Of a DNA stretch of 64,000 nt, positions 10,454-22,790 are shown one piece after another (the stretch's first letter is position 1; each line of letters opens with the position of its first letter). The notes below the pieces were generated by a model. It was not told the DNA's origin. It saw only the letters and a list, made by a program, of their open reading frames with translations, and ran no database searches. The position numbers were made by a program, and so were the translations under genes. Location: assembly GCA_038087875.1 (NCBI GenBank), contig CM075995.1:6078001-6142000 (forward strand). The letters are read 5' to 3'. Source of the stretch: Malacoraja senta (Eukaryota).

Positions 10454-13400
10454 GGAACCAACGAGAGAGCAGGCTATTCTAGACTGGGTATTGAGTAATG
10501 AGGAAGGGTTAGTTAGCAGTCTTGTTGTGCGTGGCCCCTTGGGCAAGAGTGACCATAATATGGTTGTTCTTCATTAGGATGGAGAGTGACATTGTTAATT
10601 CAGAAACAAGGGTTCTGAACTTAAAGAAAGGTAACTTTGAGGGTATGAGAAGTGAATTGGCCAAGATTGACTGGCAATTGATTCTTAAAGGGTTGACGGT
10701 GGATATGCAATGGAAAGCATTTAAAGACTGATATGTGAAGGGAAAGAAATGTAAGTTCCTTGCAGTCAGAAACAGGTGAATTGATCATGGGGAACAAGGA
10801 CATAGCAGACCAATTGAATAACTACTTTGGTTCTGTCTTCACTAAGGAAGACATAAATAATCTGCCGGAAATAGCAGGGAGGAATGAGATGGAGGAACTG
10901 AGTGAAATCCAGGTTAGCCGGGAAGTGGTGTTGGGTAAATTGAATGGATTAAAGGCCGATAAATCCCCAGGGCCAGATAGGCTGCATCCCAGAGTACCTA
11001 AGGAAGTAGCCCCAGAAATAGTGGATGCATTAGTGATAATTTTTCAAAACTCCTTAGATTCTGGAGTAGTTCCTGAGGATTGGAGGGTAGCTAATGTAAC
11101 CCCACTTTTTAAAAAGGGAGGGAGAGAGAAAACGGGGAATTGCAGACCAGTTAGTCTAACATCGGTAGTGGGCAAACTGCTAGAGTCAGTTATTAAAGAT
11201 GGGATAGCAGCACATTTGGAAAGTGGTGAAATCATTGGACAAAGTCAGCATGGATTTACGAAAGGTAAATCATGTCTGACGAATCTTATAGAATTTTTCG
11301 AGGATGTAACTAGTAGAGTGGATAAGGGAGAACCAGTTATATCTGGACTTTCAGAAGGCTTTCGACAAGGTCCCACATAAGAGATTAGTATACAAACTTA
11401 AAGCACATGGTATTGGGGGTTCAGTATTGATGTGGATTTCCAAAGTGGATTTCCAAGTGGATTTTCAGTGGATCAGTTCCTGTGGACTGGAGGGTAGCCT
11501 ATGTAAGTCCACTTTTTAAGAAAGGAATGAGAGAGAAATCAGGGAATTATAGACCAGTTAGCCTTACATCGGTAGTGGGGAAGATGCTGGAGTCGATTAT
11601 TAAAGATGTTATAGCAGCACATTTGGAAAGCAGTGACGGGATCGGTCAAAGTCAGCAAAGATTTATGAAGGGAAAATCATGCTTGACTAATCCTTTGGCA
11701 TTTTTTGAGGATGGAACAAGTAGAATGGATAAGGGAGAGCCAGTGGAGGTGGTGTATCTGGACTTTCAAAACAAGATATTAGTGTGCAAAATTAGAGCAC
11801 ATGGTATTCAGGGTAGGGTCTTTGTTCATCAGTCTATGAAAGTAAGCAAGCAGGTACAGCAGGCAGTGAAGAAAGCGAATGGCATGTTGGCCTTTATAAC
11901 AAGAGGAGTCGAGTATAGGAGCAAAGAGGTCCTTCTGCAGTTGTACAGGGCCCTAGTGAGACCACACCTGCCACACCTGGAGTGTTGAGTGCAGTTTTGG
12001 TCCCCTAATTTGAGGAAGGACATTCTTGCTATTGAGGGAGTGCAGCATAGGTTTACAAGGTTAATTCCCGGGATGGTGGGACTGTCATATGCTGAGAGAA
12101 TGGAGCGGCTCGGCTTGTACACTCTGGAGTTTAGAAGGATGAGAGGATATCTTATTGAAACATATAAGATTGTTAAGGGTTTGGACAAGCTAGAGGCAGG
12201 AAACATGTTCCTGATGTTGGGGGAGTCCAGAACCAGGGACCACAGTTTAAGAATAAGGGGTAAGCCATTTAGAACGGAGACGAGGAAACACTTTTTTCTC
12301 ACAGAGAGTTGTGAGTCTGTGGAATTCTCTGCCTCAGAAGGCGGTGGTGGCCGGTTCTCTGGATACTTTCACCTGAGTGAAATCCAGGTTAGTCGGGAAG
12401 TGGTGTTGGGTAAATTGAATGGATTAAACGCCGATAAATCACCAGAGCCAGATAGGCTGCATCCCAGAGTACTTGAGGAAGTAGCTCCAGAAATAGTGGA
12501 AGCATTAGTGATAATTTTTCAAAACTCTTTAGATTCTGGAGTAGTTCCTGAGGATTGGAGGGTAGCAAACGTAACCCCACTTTTTAAGAAGGGAGGGAGA
12601 GAGAAAACAGGGAATTACAGACCAGTTAGTCTAACATCGGTAGTGGGGAAACTGCTAGAGTCAGTTATTAAAGATGGGATAGCAGCACATTTGGAAAGTG
12701 GTGAAATCATTGGACAAAGTCAGCATGGATTTACGAAAGGTAAATCGTGTCTGACGAATCTTATAGAATTTTTGGAGGATGTAACTACTAGAGTGGATAG
12801 GGGAGAACCAGTGGATGTGTTGTATCTGGACTTTCAGAAGGCTTTCGACAAGGTCCCACATAAGAGATTAGTATACAAACTTAAAGCACACGGTATTGGG
12901 GGTTCAGTATTGATGTGGATAGAGAACTGGCTGGCAAACAGGAAGCAAAGAGTAGGAGTAAACGGGTCCTTTTCAGAATGGCAGACAGTGACTAGTGGGG
13001 TACCGCAAGGCTCAGTGCTGGGACCCCAGCTATTTACAATATATATTAATGATTTGGACGAGGGAATTGAATGCAACATCTCCAAGTTTGCGGATGACAC
13101 AAAGCTGGGGGGCAGTGTTAGCTGTGAGGAGGATGCTAGGAGGCTGCAAGGTGACTTGGATAGGCTGGGTGAGTGGACAAATGCATGGCAGATGCAGTAT
13201 AATGTGGATAAATGTGAGGTTATCCACTTTGGGGGCAAAAACAGGAAAGTAGACTATTATCTAAATGAACGAATACTTTTTTTTTGTTGTCATTATAACT
13301 TGTAAACATGTACAACGAAATTAAAAATGCCAACCAGTCAGTGCACCATTCACACATTTTCTAAAAGCAAAAGTCTAAAATAAATAACTAAAATAAATAA

Positions 13401-15115
13401 CATGAAAAAACACATTATTCTGTCGATTTCACAGTCCCTTTGGTGTGTAGCACACCTGCACTCATTTGGTGGCTACATTAAGTGTAGTTATTGCTGTTGG
13501 ATAAAAACTGTTTTTGAGTCTGTTTGTCCTTGTCCTCATTGATCTGTACCGTCTGCCTGACGGCAGCAGTTCAAACAGGGAGTGACCGGGGTGGAAAATG
13601 TCCTTTATGATGTTCTCGGATTTTTTGAGACAGTGGGAACTGTGTAGGTCCTCCAAGGTGAGGAGAGGGCAGCCGATAATCTTCTGGGCGTTGTCAATAG
13701 CCCTCTGGAGCGCTTTCCTCTTAGCCGCTGTGCAGCTGGTGTACCACACGCATACATAGTATGTTAAGATGCTCTCTATTGAGCACCGATAAAAGGATAG
13801 CAGCAGTCTCTGGGTGATGTTGTTCTTCCTGAGCACCCTCAGGAAGTACAGTCTCTGCTGGACCTTTTTCAGCAGCGCAGAGGTGTTCACGCTCCATGTC
13901 AGGTCCTCCTCAATGTGGATTCCCAGGAAGCGGAAATCCGCCACCCTCTCCACACAGTCCCCATAATGTCCGTTTTCTTTCTGTAATCTATTATCAGCTC
14001 CTTGGTCTTTGAGGTGTTGAGGAGCAGGTTATTTTCTCCACACCACCCTGTCAGCTGCTCCACCTCATCCCTGTATGCATACTCATCCCCCCCAGAGATG
14101 AGCCCCACCACCGTGGTGTCATCCGCGAATTTGACAATGGTGTTACTGTGGTGGGCGGGGGTGCAGTCATATGTGTAGATGGTGTAAAGCAGGGGGCTCA
14201 GCACGCAGCCCTGTGGAGAGCCGGTACTGAGGCTGAGGGCCGTAGATGTGTGATGGCCCACTCTGACTCTCTGACTGCGACCCGACAGGAAGCTCTTTAT
14301 CCACATGCAGGTGGAGTGTGGAAGTCCCAGGTCCCCCAGTTTGTCCACCAGTTTGTGGGGAAGAATGGTGGCCGATTAGGAAAAGGGGAGATGCAACGAG
14401 ACCTGGGTGTCATGGTACACCAGTCATTGAAAGTAGGCATGCAGGTGCAGCAGGCAGTGAAGAAAGCGAATGGTATGTTAGCATTCATAGCAAAAGGATT
14501 TGAGTATAGGAGCAGGGAGGTTCTACTGCATTTGTACAGGGTCTTAGTGAGACCACACCTGGAGTATTGCGTACAGTTTTGGTCTCCAAATCTGAGGAAA
14601 GACATTCTTGCCATAGAGGGAATACAGAGAAGGTTCACCAGACTGATTCCTGGGATGTCAGGACTTTCATATGAAGAAAGACTGGATAGACTCGGCTTGT
14701 ACTCGCTAGAATTTAGAAGATTGAGGGGGGATCTTATAGAAACTTACAAAATTCTTAAGGGGTTGGACAGGCTAGATGCAGGAAGATTGTTCCCGATGTT
14801 GGGGAAGTCCAGGACAAGGGGTCACAGTTTAAGGACAAAGGGGAAATCCTTTAGGACCGAGATGAGAAAAACATTTTTCACACAGAGAGTGGTTAATCTC
14901 TGGAACTCTCTGCCACAGAAGGTAGTTGAGGCCAGTTCATTGGCTATATTTAAGTGGGAGTTAGATGTGGCTAAAGGGATCAGGGGGTATGGAGAGAAGG
15001 CAGGTACAGGATACTGAGTTGGATGATCAGCCATGATCATATTGAATGGTGGTGCAGGCTTGAAGGGCCGAATGGCCTACTCCTGCACCTATTCTCTATG
15101 TTTCTATGTTTCTAT
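10454..15115 (+). mobile_element. CR1 subfamily 'B', 5'-truncated, containing two internal insertions
   Basis: Runs from [12 protein letters not shown] to GEKAGTGY* and a (CTATGTTT)n tail; interrupted by a chimeric segment from 11438 and by Rex1 at 13268-14363. Confidence 0.85.
13268..14363 (-). mobile_element. Rex1/Babar-type LINE 3' fragment
   Basis: TGSPQGCVLSPLLY, KFADDTTVVGLI and QQRLYFLR motifs; AATG duplicated at 13264-13267 and 14364-14367; host CR1 reads through across it. Confidence 0.8.
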
Positions 15116-16212
15116 GCCTGCCATTCTGAAAAGGACCCGTTCACTCCTACTCTTTGCTTCCGGTCTGCCAACCAATTTTCTATCCATGTCAACACCCTAC
15201 CCCCAATACCATGTGCTCTAATTTTAGTCACCAGTCTCCCGTGCAGGATCTTATCAAAGGCTTTCTGAAAGTCTAGATACACTACATCCACTGGCACCCC
15301 TTCATCCATTTTACTTGTCACATCCTCAAAAAATTCCAGAAGATTAGTCAAGCATGATTTCCCTTTCATAAATCCATGTTGACTTGGACTAATCCTTTTA
15401 CTGCTATCCAAATGCCCCATTATTACCTCTTTAATAATTGACTCCAGCATCTTTCCCACCACCGAAGTCAGGCTAACTGGTCTGTAATTCCCTGTTTTCT
15501 CTCTCGCTCCTTTCTTGAAAAGTGGGATAACATTAGCTATCCTCCAATCCACAGGAACTAATCCTGAATCTATTGAACATTGGAAAATGATCACCAATGC
15601 GTCCACTATTTCTAGAGCCACCTCCCTGAGGACGCTGGGATGCAGACTCAGGTCCAGGGGATTTATCATCCTTCAGTCCCATTAGCCTACCCAATACTAT
15701 TTCTCGCCTAATGACAATTTCTTTCAGTTCCTCCACCCCCTTAGATCCTCTGTCCTCCAGTACATCTGGGAGATTGTTTGTGTCTTCCTTAGTGAAGACA
15801 GATCCGAAGTACCTATTCAACTCTTCTGCCATTTCCTTGTTGCCCATAATCATTTCACCCGTGTCTGCCTTCAAGGGACCCACATTTGACTTTGCTACTC
15901 TTTTTCCCTTAACATATCTAAAGAAGCTTTTACTGTCATTCTTTATATTCCTGGCCAGCTTCCCTTCGTACTTCATCTTTTCAGCCCTTATTGCCCGTTT
16001 TGTTTCCTTCTGTTGTCCTATGAAAGTTTCCCAATCCTCTGGCTTCCGGCTACTCTTTGCTGTGTTATACATCTTTTCTTTTAGTTTTATTCTATCCCTA
16101 ACTTCTCTTGTCAGCCACGGTTGCCTCCTACTCCCCTTAGAATCTTTCTTCCTTTTTGGAATGAAATGATCCTGTGTCTTCCGGATTATGCCCAGAAATT
16201 CCTGCCATTGCT
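15116..16212 (-). mobile_element. CR1 subfamily 'D', 5' half
   Basis: ORFs 15533-16219 and 15112-15669 ([17 protein letters not shown]); joins to 10453. Confidence 0.85.
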
Positions 16213-17359
16213 CCAGCATTTTGTTTACTCTTGTATATTAACCAGTTTTTTATTTCTACATGTCGTCAGGGCATGGATGGTCAGCAAGGCTTCCTTTGTA
16301 TGAAACCCTATCATGCCAATTTAGTTGTTTTTGGGTGGAGTTTTTAGACAGTGGTCGAAATCTGGCATGCTCTGGTGAGAGATGGAGGTAGAGGCAGGTA
16401 CTCTCACACATGCAAGAAATATCTCGAGAAGCATTGTTCTTCAATATAGTTATCCAATTAGTTTCCTTCTTTCCGCGTGGTCTTGCAAAAAATATCCTTT
16501 ACATGAGCTTGCTTTCTTTTGAATGATGTTATTGAATTTGCTTGGCCCATCTTTTTATGCACCATTCTAATAATCAGCATTACTAATTAAAGAAATGTGC
16601 ATCGTTTTCGTTCATTGTGATTGTGGGTACAGTTTCCACTTGCTCAGTTCCGAGAGGAACAATCCAACTTTTGCCTAGTCACTTCATTCAAGAATTATTC
16701 TTGTTTGTCCTATAAGCAAGTCCTATTGAATCATCTCTATTTAATCTCTAGTACTGGTTTAGGTTTGTTAATGTCACGTGTACCGAGGTACAGTGGAAGA
16801 TTTTCAGAGGAACATACAGCATTTTTGCACGCTATCCAATCAGATCAAACAATACTGTACATAAATACAACCAAACTCAAGCGCAATAGCTAGAGCAAAG
16901 GAGAAGATACAAAGTGCAAAATATAGTTCTCAGTAGCACATGACTGTTGTTATAGTGCAACAATAAACCGGATACACAGTGCCTTTTTAACAACACAGGT
17001 TGGCACACATCCATCAATAGATCCATATTATTGAATTGGCTTTAAAATTTATAGTTTTAAATAATTAAACCAATTTAAATAAAGTTGACTCTCCATATTC
17101 ATCCTACTAAAGTAAATCATTTCACACATCCCTTCAGTGAATGTCACCTGCCAAGTCTACCGGTTTACCTCCTGCTGAAGTGGTTGCTGCCCACCACTTA
17201 CAAGCTTCACGCCATTTGTAAACTTGATAAATATGTACTTTATCCCAAAGTCCATTTTGTTATTATCCATTGAAATGGGTAACTGTTTTCCAACACCAGA
17301 TCATGAGCAAAATTACACCCCCCTATCCTTCCATATCTCCAAACACCTTCTCCCCTTAC

Positions 17360-17497
17360 TCTCAGTCTTAAGAAGGGTCTTGACCCGAAAAGTCACTCAT
17401 TCCTTCTCTCCAGAGATGCTGCCTGTCCCGCTAAGTTACTTCTGCATTTTGTGTCTGTCTCCGGTGTAAACCAGCATCTTCAGTTCCTTCCTACACA
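17360..17497 (+). mobile_element. Penelope-like terminal repeat with degenerate hammerhead core
   Basis: cttaagaagggtcttgacccgaaaagtc...ccagcatcttcagttccttcctacaca; same family as 29260 and 45947. Confidence 0.7.
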
Positions 17498-17844
17498 TAT
17501 ATATTTCTCTCCATTTTGAATGGACCATTCACCACTGCTATCTACTTTGAATTATTTAGCAAATTGTGTATCCCCTGTAATCATTATCCATTTAATCTCA
17601 AAACCCTCAATTGGTAATCTGTTTGTTATCTACTTTTAAAATTCCACAGTCTCTTTTTAACAGCTTTTAAATCATCTTTAAAGATTGGCACATCCATCAA
17701 TTGGCACATCCATCAATTTGGCACATCCATCTTATTATCAATCACACAAACTATAATAGCACTCAATCAAAGTTCATCAGATATTCTCTTTTAATCAATT
17801 GATCAGATTTTCATTTATTAAACCATAGTTTTCCAAGTGGCAAC

Positions 17845-18180
17845 CTGTTAGGTTTAGATTTACTATTGTCACGTGTACCAAGATATAATGAATAGCTTTG
17901 TTTGCATGCTATCAAATCAGATCAGATAATGCTAGGCATAAATAGAGTCAAGTCAAACTCAAGTGCAATAGATAGAGCAAAGGGGAAGATACAGAGTGCA
18001 AGTTCTCAGCATTGATGTGCCAGAGGTCCATACACAAAGTCCAATGTCTGCAATGGGGTAGAGGTGAATCGGACAGTATCCAAGCTTATGGTAGGACTGT
18101 TCAGAAACCTGATCAATTTGTTCCTGAGTCTGGTGGTGCGTGCTTTCAAGCTTCTGTACCTCTTCTTGCCTGAAGGAAGA
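17845..18180 (-). mobile_element. Old LINE 3'-end fragment (related copies at ~16755-16940 and ~28083-28530)
   Basis: Shared tttattgtcacgtgtaccgag...agcttttgt terminal sequence with a (TTTAG)n-type tail; family not certain (Rex1- or L2-like). Confidence 0.5.
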
Positions 18181-18658
18181 AGTGTCCTTACAGTCCTGGC
18201 TTACTGACTCGAAAAATTGCTCACCTCTTAAGGCAGACTAGCTGTTAGGTGCCAGGTTATCCCCACCCTTTTTTGAATTGGCTAACTTATGAGGAAAAGT
18301 GATGTACAATTGATACATATTCTTTGCTGTATCTTCCATGATGTTTTTAACCAGATACGGTATCTATTTATTTGGAAGTTAGTTCTTTCAATAATGAGCT
18401 TTAGTTTTACATATGACATGGAATTAAGAACAATGGTATGTGAATAGCCTTTAAAATCTACTCCACCATTCAATAAGAGCATGGCCTAGCATTCATTGCA
18501 ACATGATGACCCCTCATTCTCCTAAACAGCAAAGAATATGTATCAATTGTACATAATTTTTCCTCATAACTCGGTCAATTCTTTCCAAGAATCAGGTTTA
18601 CAAATATTGGTTACGCCTCACAGCCACTATTCCCCTCCTTAGTAAAGAGACCATACCT

Positions 18659-18960
18659 GGGCGGCACAGTGGCGTAGCAGTGGAGCTGCTGCCTTACAGC
18701 GGCAGAGGCCCGGGTTCAATCCTGACTGACCTTATGGAGTTTGTACATTGTCACCGTGACCTGCGTGGGTTTTTGCCGGGATCTCCTGTCTCTTCCCATA
18801 CTCCAAAGATGTACAGGGTTGTAGGTTAATTGGCTTTGGTAAATTTGTAAATTGTTCCTAGTGTGTGTAGGATAGTGTTAATGTGCAGGGATTGCTGGTC
18901 GGCGTGGACTCAGTGGGTCGAAGGGCCTGTTTCTGCACTATCTCTAAACTAAACTAAAAC
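18659..18960 (+). mobile_element. tRNA-derived SINE (HE1/V-SINE-like)
   Basis: A box TGGCGTAGCAGTGG, B box GGTTCAATCC, central tgcgtgggttt core, CR1-like 3' end (gaagggcctgtttc) and (CTAAA)n tail. Confidence 0.85.
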
Positions 18961-19372
18961 TGTACATGATGTTACAGGTGAAGGATTTGTCAAAACCCTT
19001 TATTGCATCAAGACTTTCTACCTGTTGTATTTCAACTCCATTGCAAAAACATGTTATTTCCATTGATGAGTGCTTGCCAAGCCCTAAATGAGGAGCCCTA
19101 AATCCTCCCCATTTACTAACATCACCTTTAAAAAAAAAAGTAACCTGCCTTTCGTAGAATCCAGTTTCCCCCTTCTTATTGTCCATGATTAAAGGAAGTG
19201 AATGGGGAACCAGTGAGTTTAAAGGAAGAGTGGCAATTGGGGCCCTGGTGGATTTAAAAGGAGTGTGGGAACTGTGACCCAGTGGGTTTAAAAGGAGTGT
19301 TCAGTCATTTGCCGTGCCATGTTCAGTCATTTTCACAAAGGGAGTCTAACATTGAGCGTGCTTACCATTCAG

Positions 19373-19546
19373 GTTGGAAAAGCGATGTCCTCCAATGAGA
19401 GTGCTGCCTATCAGATAATGCGGAGTCTGGATGTGGACTATGTTCTCATTATATTCGGCGGAGTGATCGGCTATTCTGGCGATGACATCAACAAGTTTCT
19501 TTGGATGGTCAGGATAGCGGAAGGAGAACATCCAAAAGATATCCGG
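19373..19546 (+). CDS. STT3B: STT3B coding exon containing the DK motif ([10 protein letters not shown])
   Basis: [58 protein letters not shown]; ttcag| and |gtacag; 174 nt, phase 0. Confidence 0.96.
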
Positions 19547-19631
19547 GTACAGTGATGCCTTTTAGTTAAAGAACTTGTATAATTAAAGGCCTTCCATGGC
19601 ATTGCTAATAAACTGTGATGTTTAACCTTAG

Positions 19632-19745
19632 GAAAGTGACTACTTCACACCCCAGGGTGAGTTCCGTGTCGATAAGGCTGGCTCGCCAACATTGCTGAAC
19701 TGCCTAATGTACAAGATGTCCTACTACAGATTTGGAGAGATGCAG
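19632..19745 (+). CDS. STT3B: STT3B coding exon ([38 protein letters not shown])
   Basis: Translated by hand (not in the ORF track); cttag| and |gtgaat; 114 nt. Confidence 0.95.
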
Positions 19746-20066
19746 GTGAATGGGGATTATGAATGCCATTCCTTACAACGCAACTGGTATTTTGATTATC
19801 GTTTCACTCGAACAGTTCCCTAGTACCTTTTTTGAGAAGTTGACTATGAGTTTAAACAGAGGCAGCAGGCAGCCGCCCTGCCGGGCCCACCTTGGTTCTC
19901 GTCGGCCCCCACTGGGTAGCTCTCGGCAGCCCTTGTCCCCCTATGCGCTCGACGCTCCACCTCCCTCGTGTAGTCCCTCCACCCTCGCAGGGTCCCACCT
20001 CGCTCTCAGTGCTTACGAATTGGTTTGGAGATATGGCAAATGTCACAGAAGTGTTTTGGTTTACAG

Positions 20067-20279
20067 CTGGATTTCAGAACACCGCCAGGGTTCGACCGCA
20101 CTAGAAATGCCGAAATTGGTAACAAAGACATCAAATTCAAGCATCTGGAAGAAGCCTTCACTTCGGAGCACTGGCTAGTGAGAATTTACAAAGTCAAGAA
20201 GCTGGACAACAGAGAGAAACTTGACCATAAACCAAGAGTAACTAACATAATACCCAAACAGAAGTATTTATCAAAAAAG
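20067..20279 (+). CDS. STT3B: STT3B coding exon (LDFRTPPGFDRTRNAEIG...KQKYLSKK)
   Basis: Matches the STT3B C-terminal domain including HLEEAFTSEHWLVRIYKVK; ttacag| and |gtgggg; 213 nt. Confidence 0.95.
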
Positions 20280-20965
20280 GTGGGGTAGGCTTTTAAAAAC
20301 TGAACTTTGTACATAATAAAGGCTTGCTTCAGTTGCCAAAATGTTCCTGAAATCCAGTGTGTTGCTGAATGCAGTCTGGCTTGTGAAGAAAATATTGATA
20401 TAATTTCTTCCCATTACTTCTCTATCATGGGGCAAGTGCCATGTGTGTCCCCAGTGGGTGAGGGTTTTGTGGGGAGATGTATTTTGCCCTCGGGGAGGGG
20501 GGATTTTGTACCTCTCATCAATGAAACTGTCATTGACATTTTATGCCAGTAAACGGCTGCCTTATCTCACACCATTCAACTTGTGATTGTGATAGTTCGC
20601 TAGTACATGATACTGGGAGAAACTAATGAGTTTGATAAATCTGGTATTGTGGAAACTCCTGGGCATGCTTAAAACCAGGTTTTTAATGCATATCAATTAA
20701 GCACCTCCAGTTATTTATTTTTGTTTTTTCAAGACATGTTTCAACAGAATATTATTCGTATTTTTATTTGAACGTTCATGGGAGAAAATGCCAAGCGTTT
20801 CTGCCTACCTGCCTTTTCCTTCCATCGCTCTTCCCCCAGTCCCTGACAAAGAAAGAATTGTGGCAAGACTGGAAGAAGGCCTTTATTTTCTAATGAATGT
20901 GCGACGCTGTATATATGGGCATTAAAGCAACAAAATTAATAATGCTGTTCATCTTTATGCCCTAG

Positions 20966-21046
20966 ACTTCTAAAAGAAAGCGTGGGTATGTGAAGAACAA
21001 ACTGGCACTGAAGAAAGGCAAGCGACCCAACAGGAAGACCAACTAA
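20966..21046 (+). CDS. STT3B: STT3B final coding exon (TSKRKRGYVKNKLALKKGKRPNRKTN*)
   Basis: cctag| acceptor; basic tail similar to mammalian TTKRKRGYIKNKL; stop TAA at 21044-21046. Confidence 0.93.
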   Translation, partial: TSKRKRGYVKNKLALKKGKRPNRKTN

Positions 21047-22790
21047 ATCATCTGCCAGTCCTGACAACAGGCAGTTGTCCTATGACAACCAGTCTTTGCC
21101 TTTTACCTGCAATCGGATTCAATTGCAACACAGAGTTGCATGCATTGCTCAAGAGATTCAAACAGTGTCAGCCCCGAAAATCTATTGGTTGTATATTGGC
21201 ACCTGTTTTATAGAGCCACATTTGATTGTGTTGGCAAGGCAGAGAGCTGCTGTCCAGGGGTAGCAGCAGAATTCTCATTGGTACATATTATCCTTCATTT
21301 AATTTAAAAAAAAAAAAAAACGATAATGGGCTAACTGCACCAAAGAACCGTGCTCTTTGTTTTGCCTGTACATGTGTACTTTCCAACCATATCAACGGGG
21401 CAGTGGGGAAGGGTTTCTCACGATTTGTTTTGCTAGGGTGAGGTTAATTTTAGATGGTGAAAACAAATGACTTCAGATAAGTTAAACCTATTGTACAAGG
21501 TTGTTTGGCATCATCCAGACTTGTATGGGCACAGTGTTTTTAGCTTGGTATACTGTTGGCAAAAAAACAAGCATTTCCACCTGAAGGAAGAGGACAAGAG
21601 GTTAGCCAGCATCCTTCTTCCACTTTGCCGTGCTTGAACACGCACGATGAGATGGACGCGTGTTTGATTTGGGAAGGTGGGTTGTTTAGAATTCAGCAAG
21701 AGGATCAAAAGGATCAGTGAAGAACTTTCCACTGCAGAAAGCTGGCAGCTACACATGTGCTTTCTTTCTTTTAGATTAAAAAACGAGAGGGTTTCCTCCT
21801 TGCCGCAGGCATGTTCATTTCGTTCCCATTGACACACCCTTTTCTTTCTGCTTTTTCCTCATATTTGCCTTTTAAAGAATGGTAGGCCTCTTAATGAGAA
21901 GCATTGACATTTCCAGGCTGCAAAACATTTCCATGGAGAAATTCATCTTTGGTTGCTGGTTCTAAATGCTTATGAGAGGTTTGTCTGCAGCTTTATTCAC
22001 CGCTGCACATTTGATGCCATTGAAGTCAGCAGTTGATACTGGTGGGTGATTTAGCGCAAGCAACCAAAGCCTATTTTTCTCTCCTTTGATTAGTTCAGGC
22101 TTAGACACGTTTCTTTTTTTTTCTAAATAAAATAAACTAATATATTAATCTGAGAGCAATTCAAGAGGATCTGTGCACTATTGGTAAAATCCGAGGCAGA
22201 CAAATCTTACTGTTGTGTTTTTTTGTTTTTGTAATTTTACCTCTCTGTAGAGAAGGCCCAATCTTGATACAATCTTTAGAAAAGTTCCTTTACCATAAGA
22301 TAACAAGTGAGTAATGAAGGCTGTTGGATGAAACTTGCTCTAAACAGTTAGTTGATGTTCCCCCTTCTTCCCGCGAGGGTTAAAATTGTAATTTTCTATG
22401 TATGCAGCGCTCTTCAATGCAAAAAAATAGCTGCAAATGCTATTGGTGTAAAAACAAATTAAAGAATAGTATGTACCGTATTTTGAAAACATTTGTAAAT
22501 TAAACTGTGCAGTACATGCCTTATTGCTGCTTCTGGATTGTAATTTTTTTACCATTTTGTTTGAGTGGGTGTGGGGTTGTCTTCATTCCCAACTTTTTAA
22601 AAACATTTCAGACTTACGGCTACAGTGACGTTAGTCTCTATGGTCTAAAGTAAACTAAAATTATGACTGCATTTATTTCTTATGGTGAGGACAAAGGCAC
22701 GGGAAAGCCATTTTTACGTTTTGCTTAGTTTTCAGATTGATCTGTTGTTCAACTGTAGCCAAAATAAATGTTAAAATGAAATTTTGTGTT
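21047..22790 (+). other. STT3B: Probable STT3B 3' UTR (~1.7 kb)
   Basis: Repeat-free, AU-rich sequence after the stop. AATAAA at 22763-22768 is followed by T/GT-rich sequence; further AATAAA hexamers near 22126-22136 could be a proximal site. The end point is inferred. Confidence 0.6.

Noticed and set aside
9455..11437. Apparent twin-priming 5' inversion of one CR1
   Set aside because: The two arms are different subfamilies and the minus arm continues exactly at 15116, so it is a nested insertion.
11989..13305. 438-aa ORF (and 445-aa ORF at 56373) as a novel permuted RT protein
   Set aside because: It is the in-frame by-product of a CR1-CR1 junction, starts at GTG right after a stop, and is truncated.
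18659..18730. tRNA gene
   Set aside because: A/B boxes belong to a SINE head with no full cloverleaf and run into SINE body and tail.
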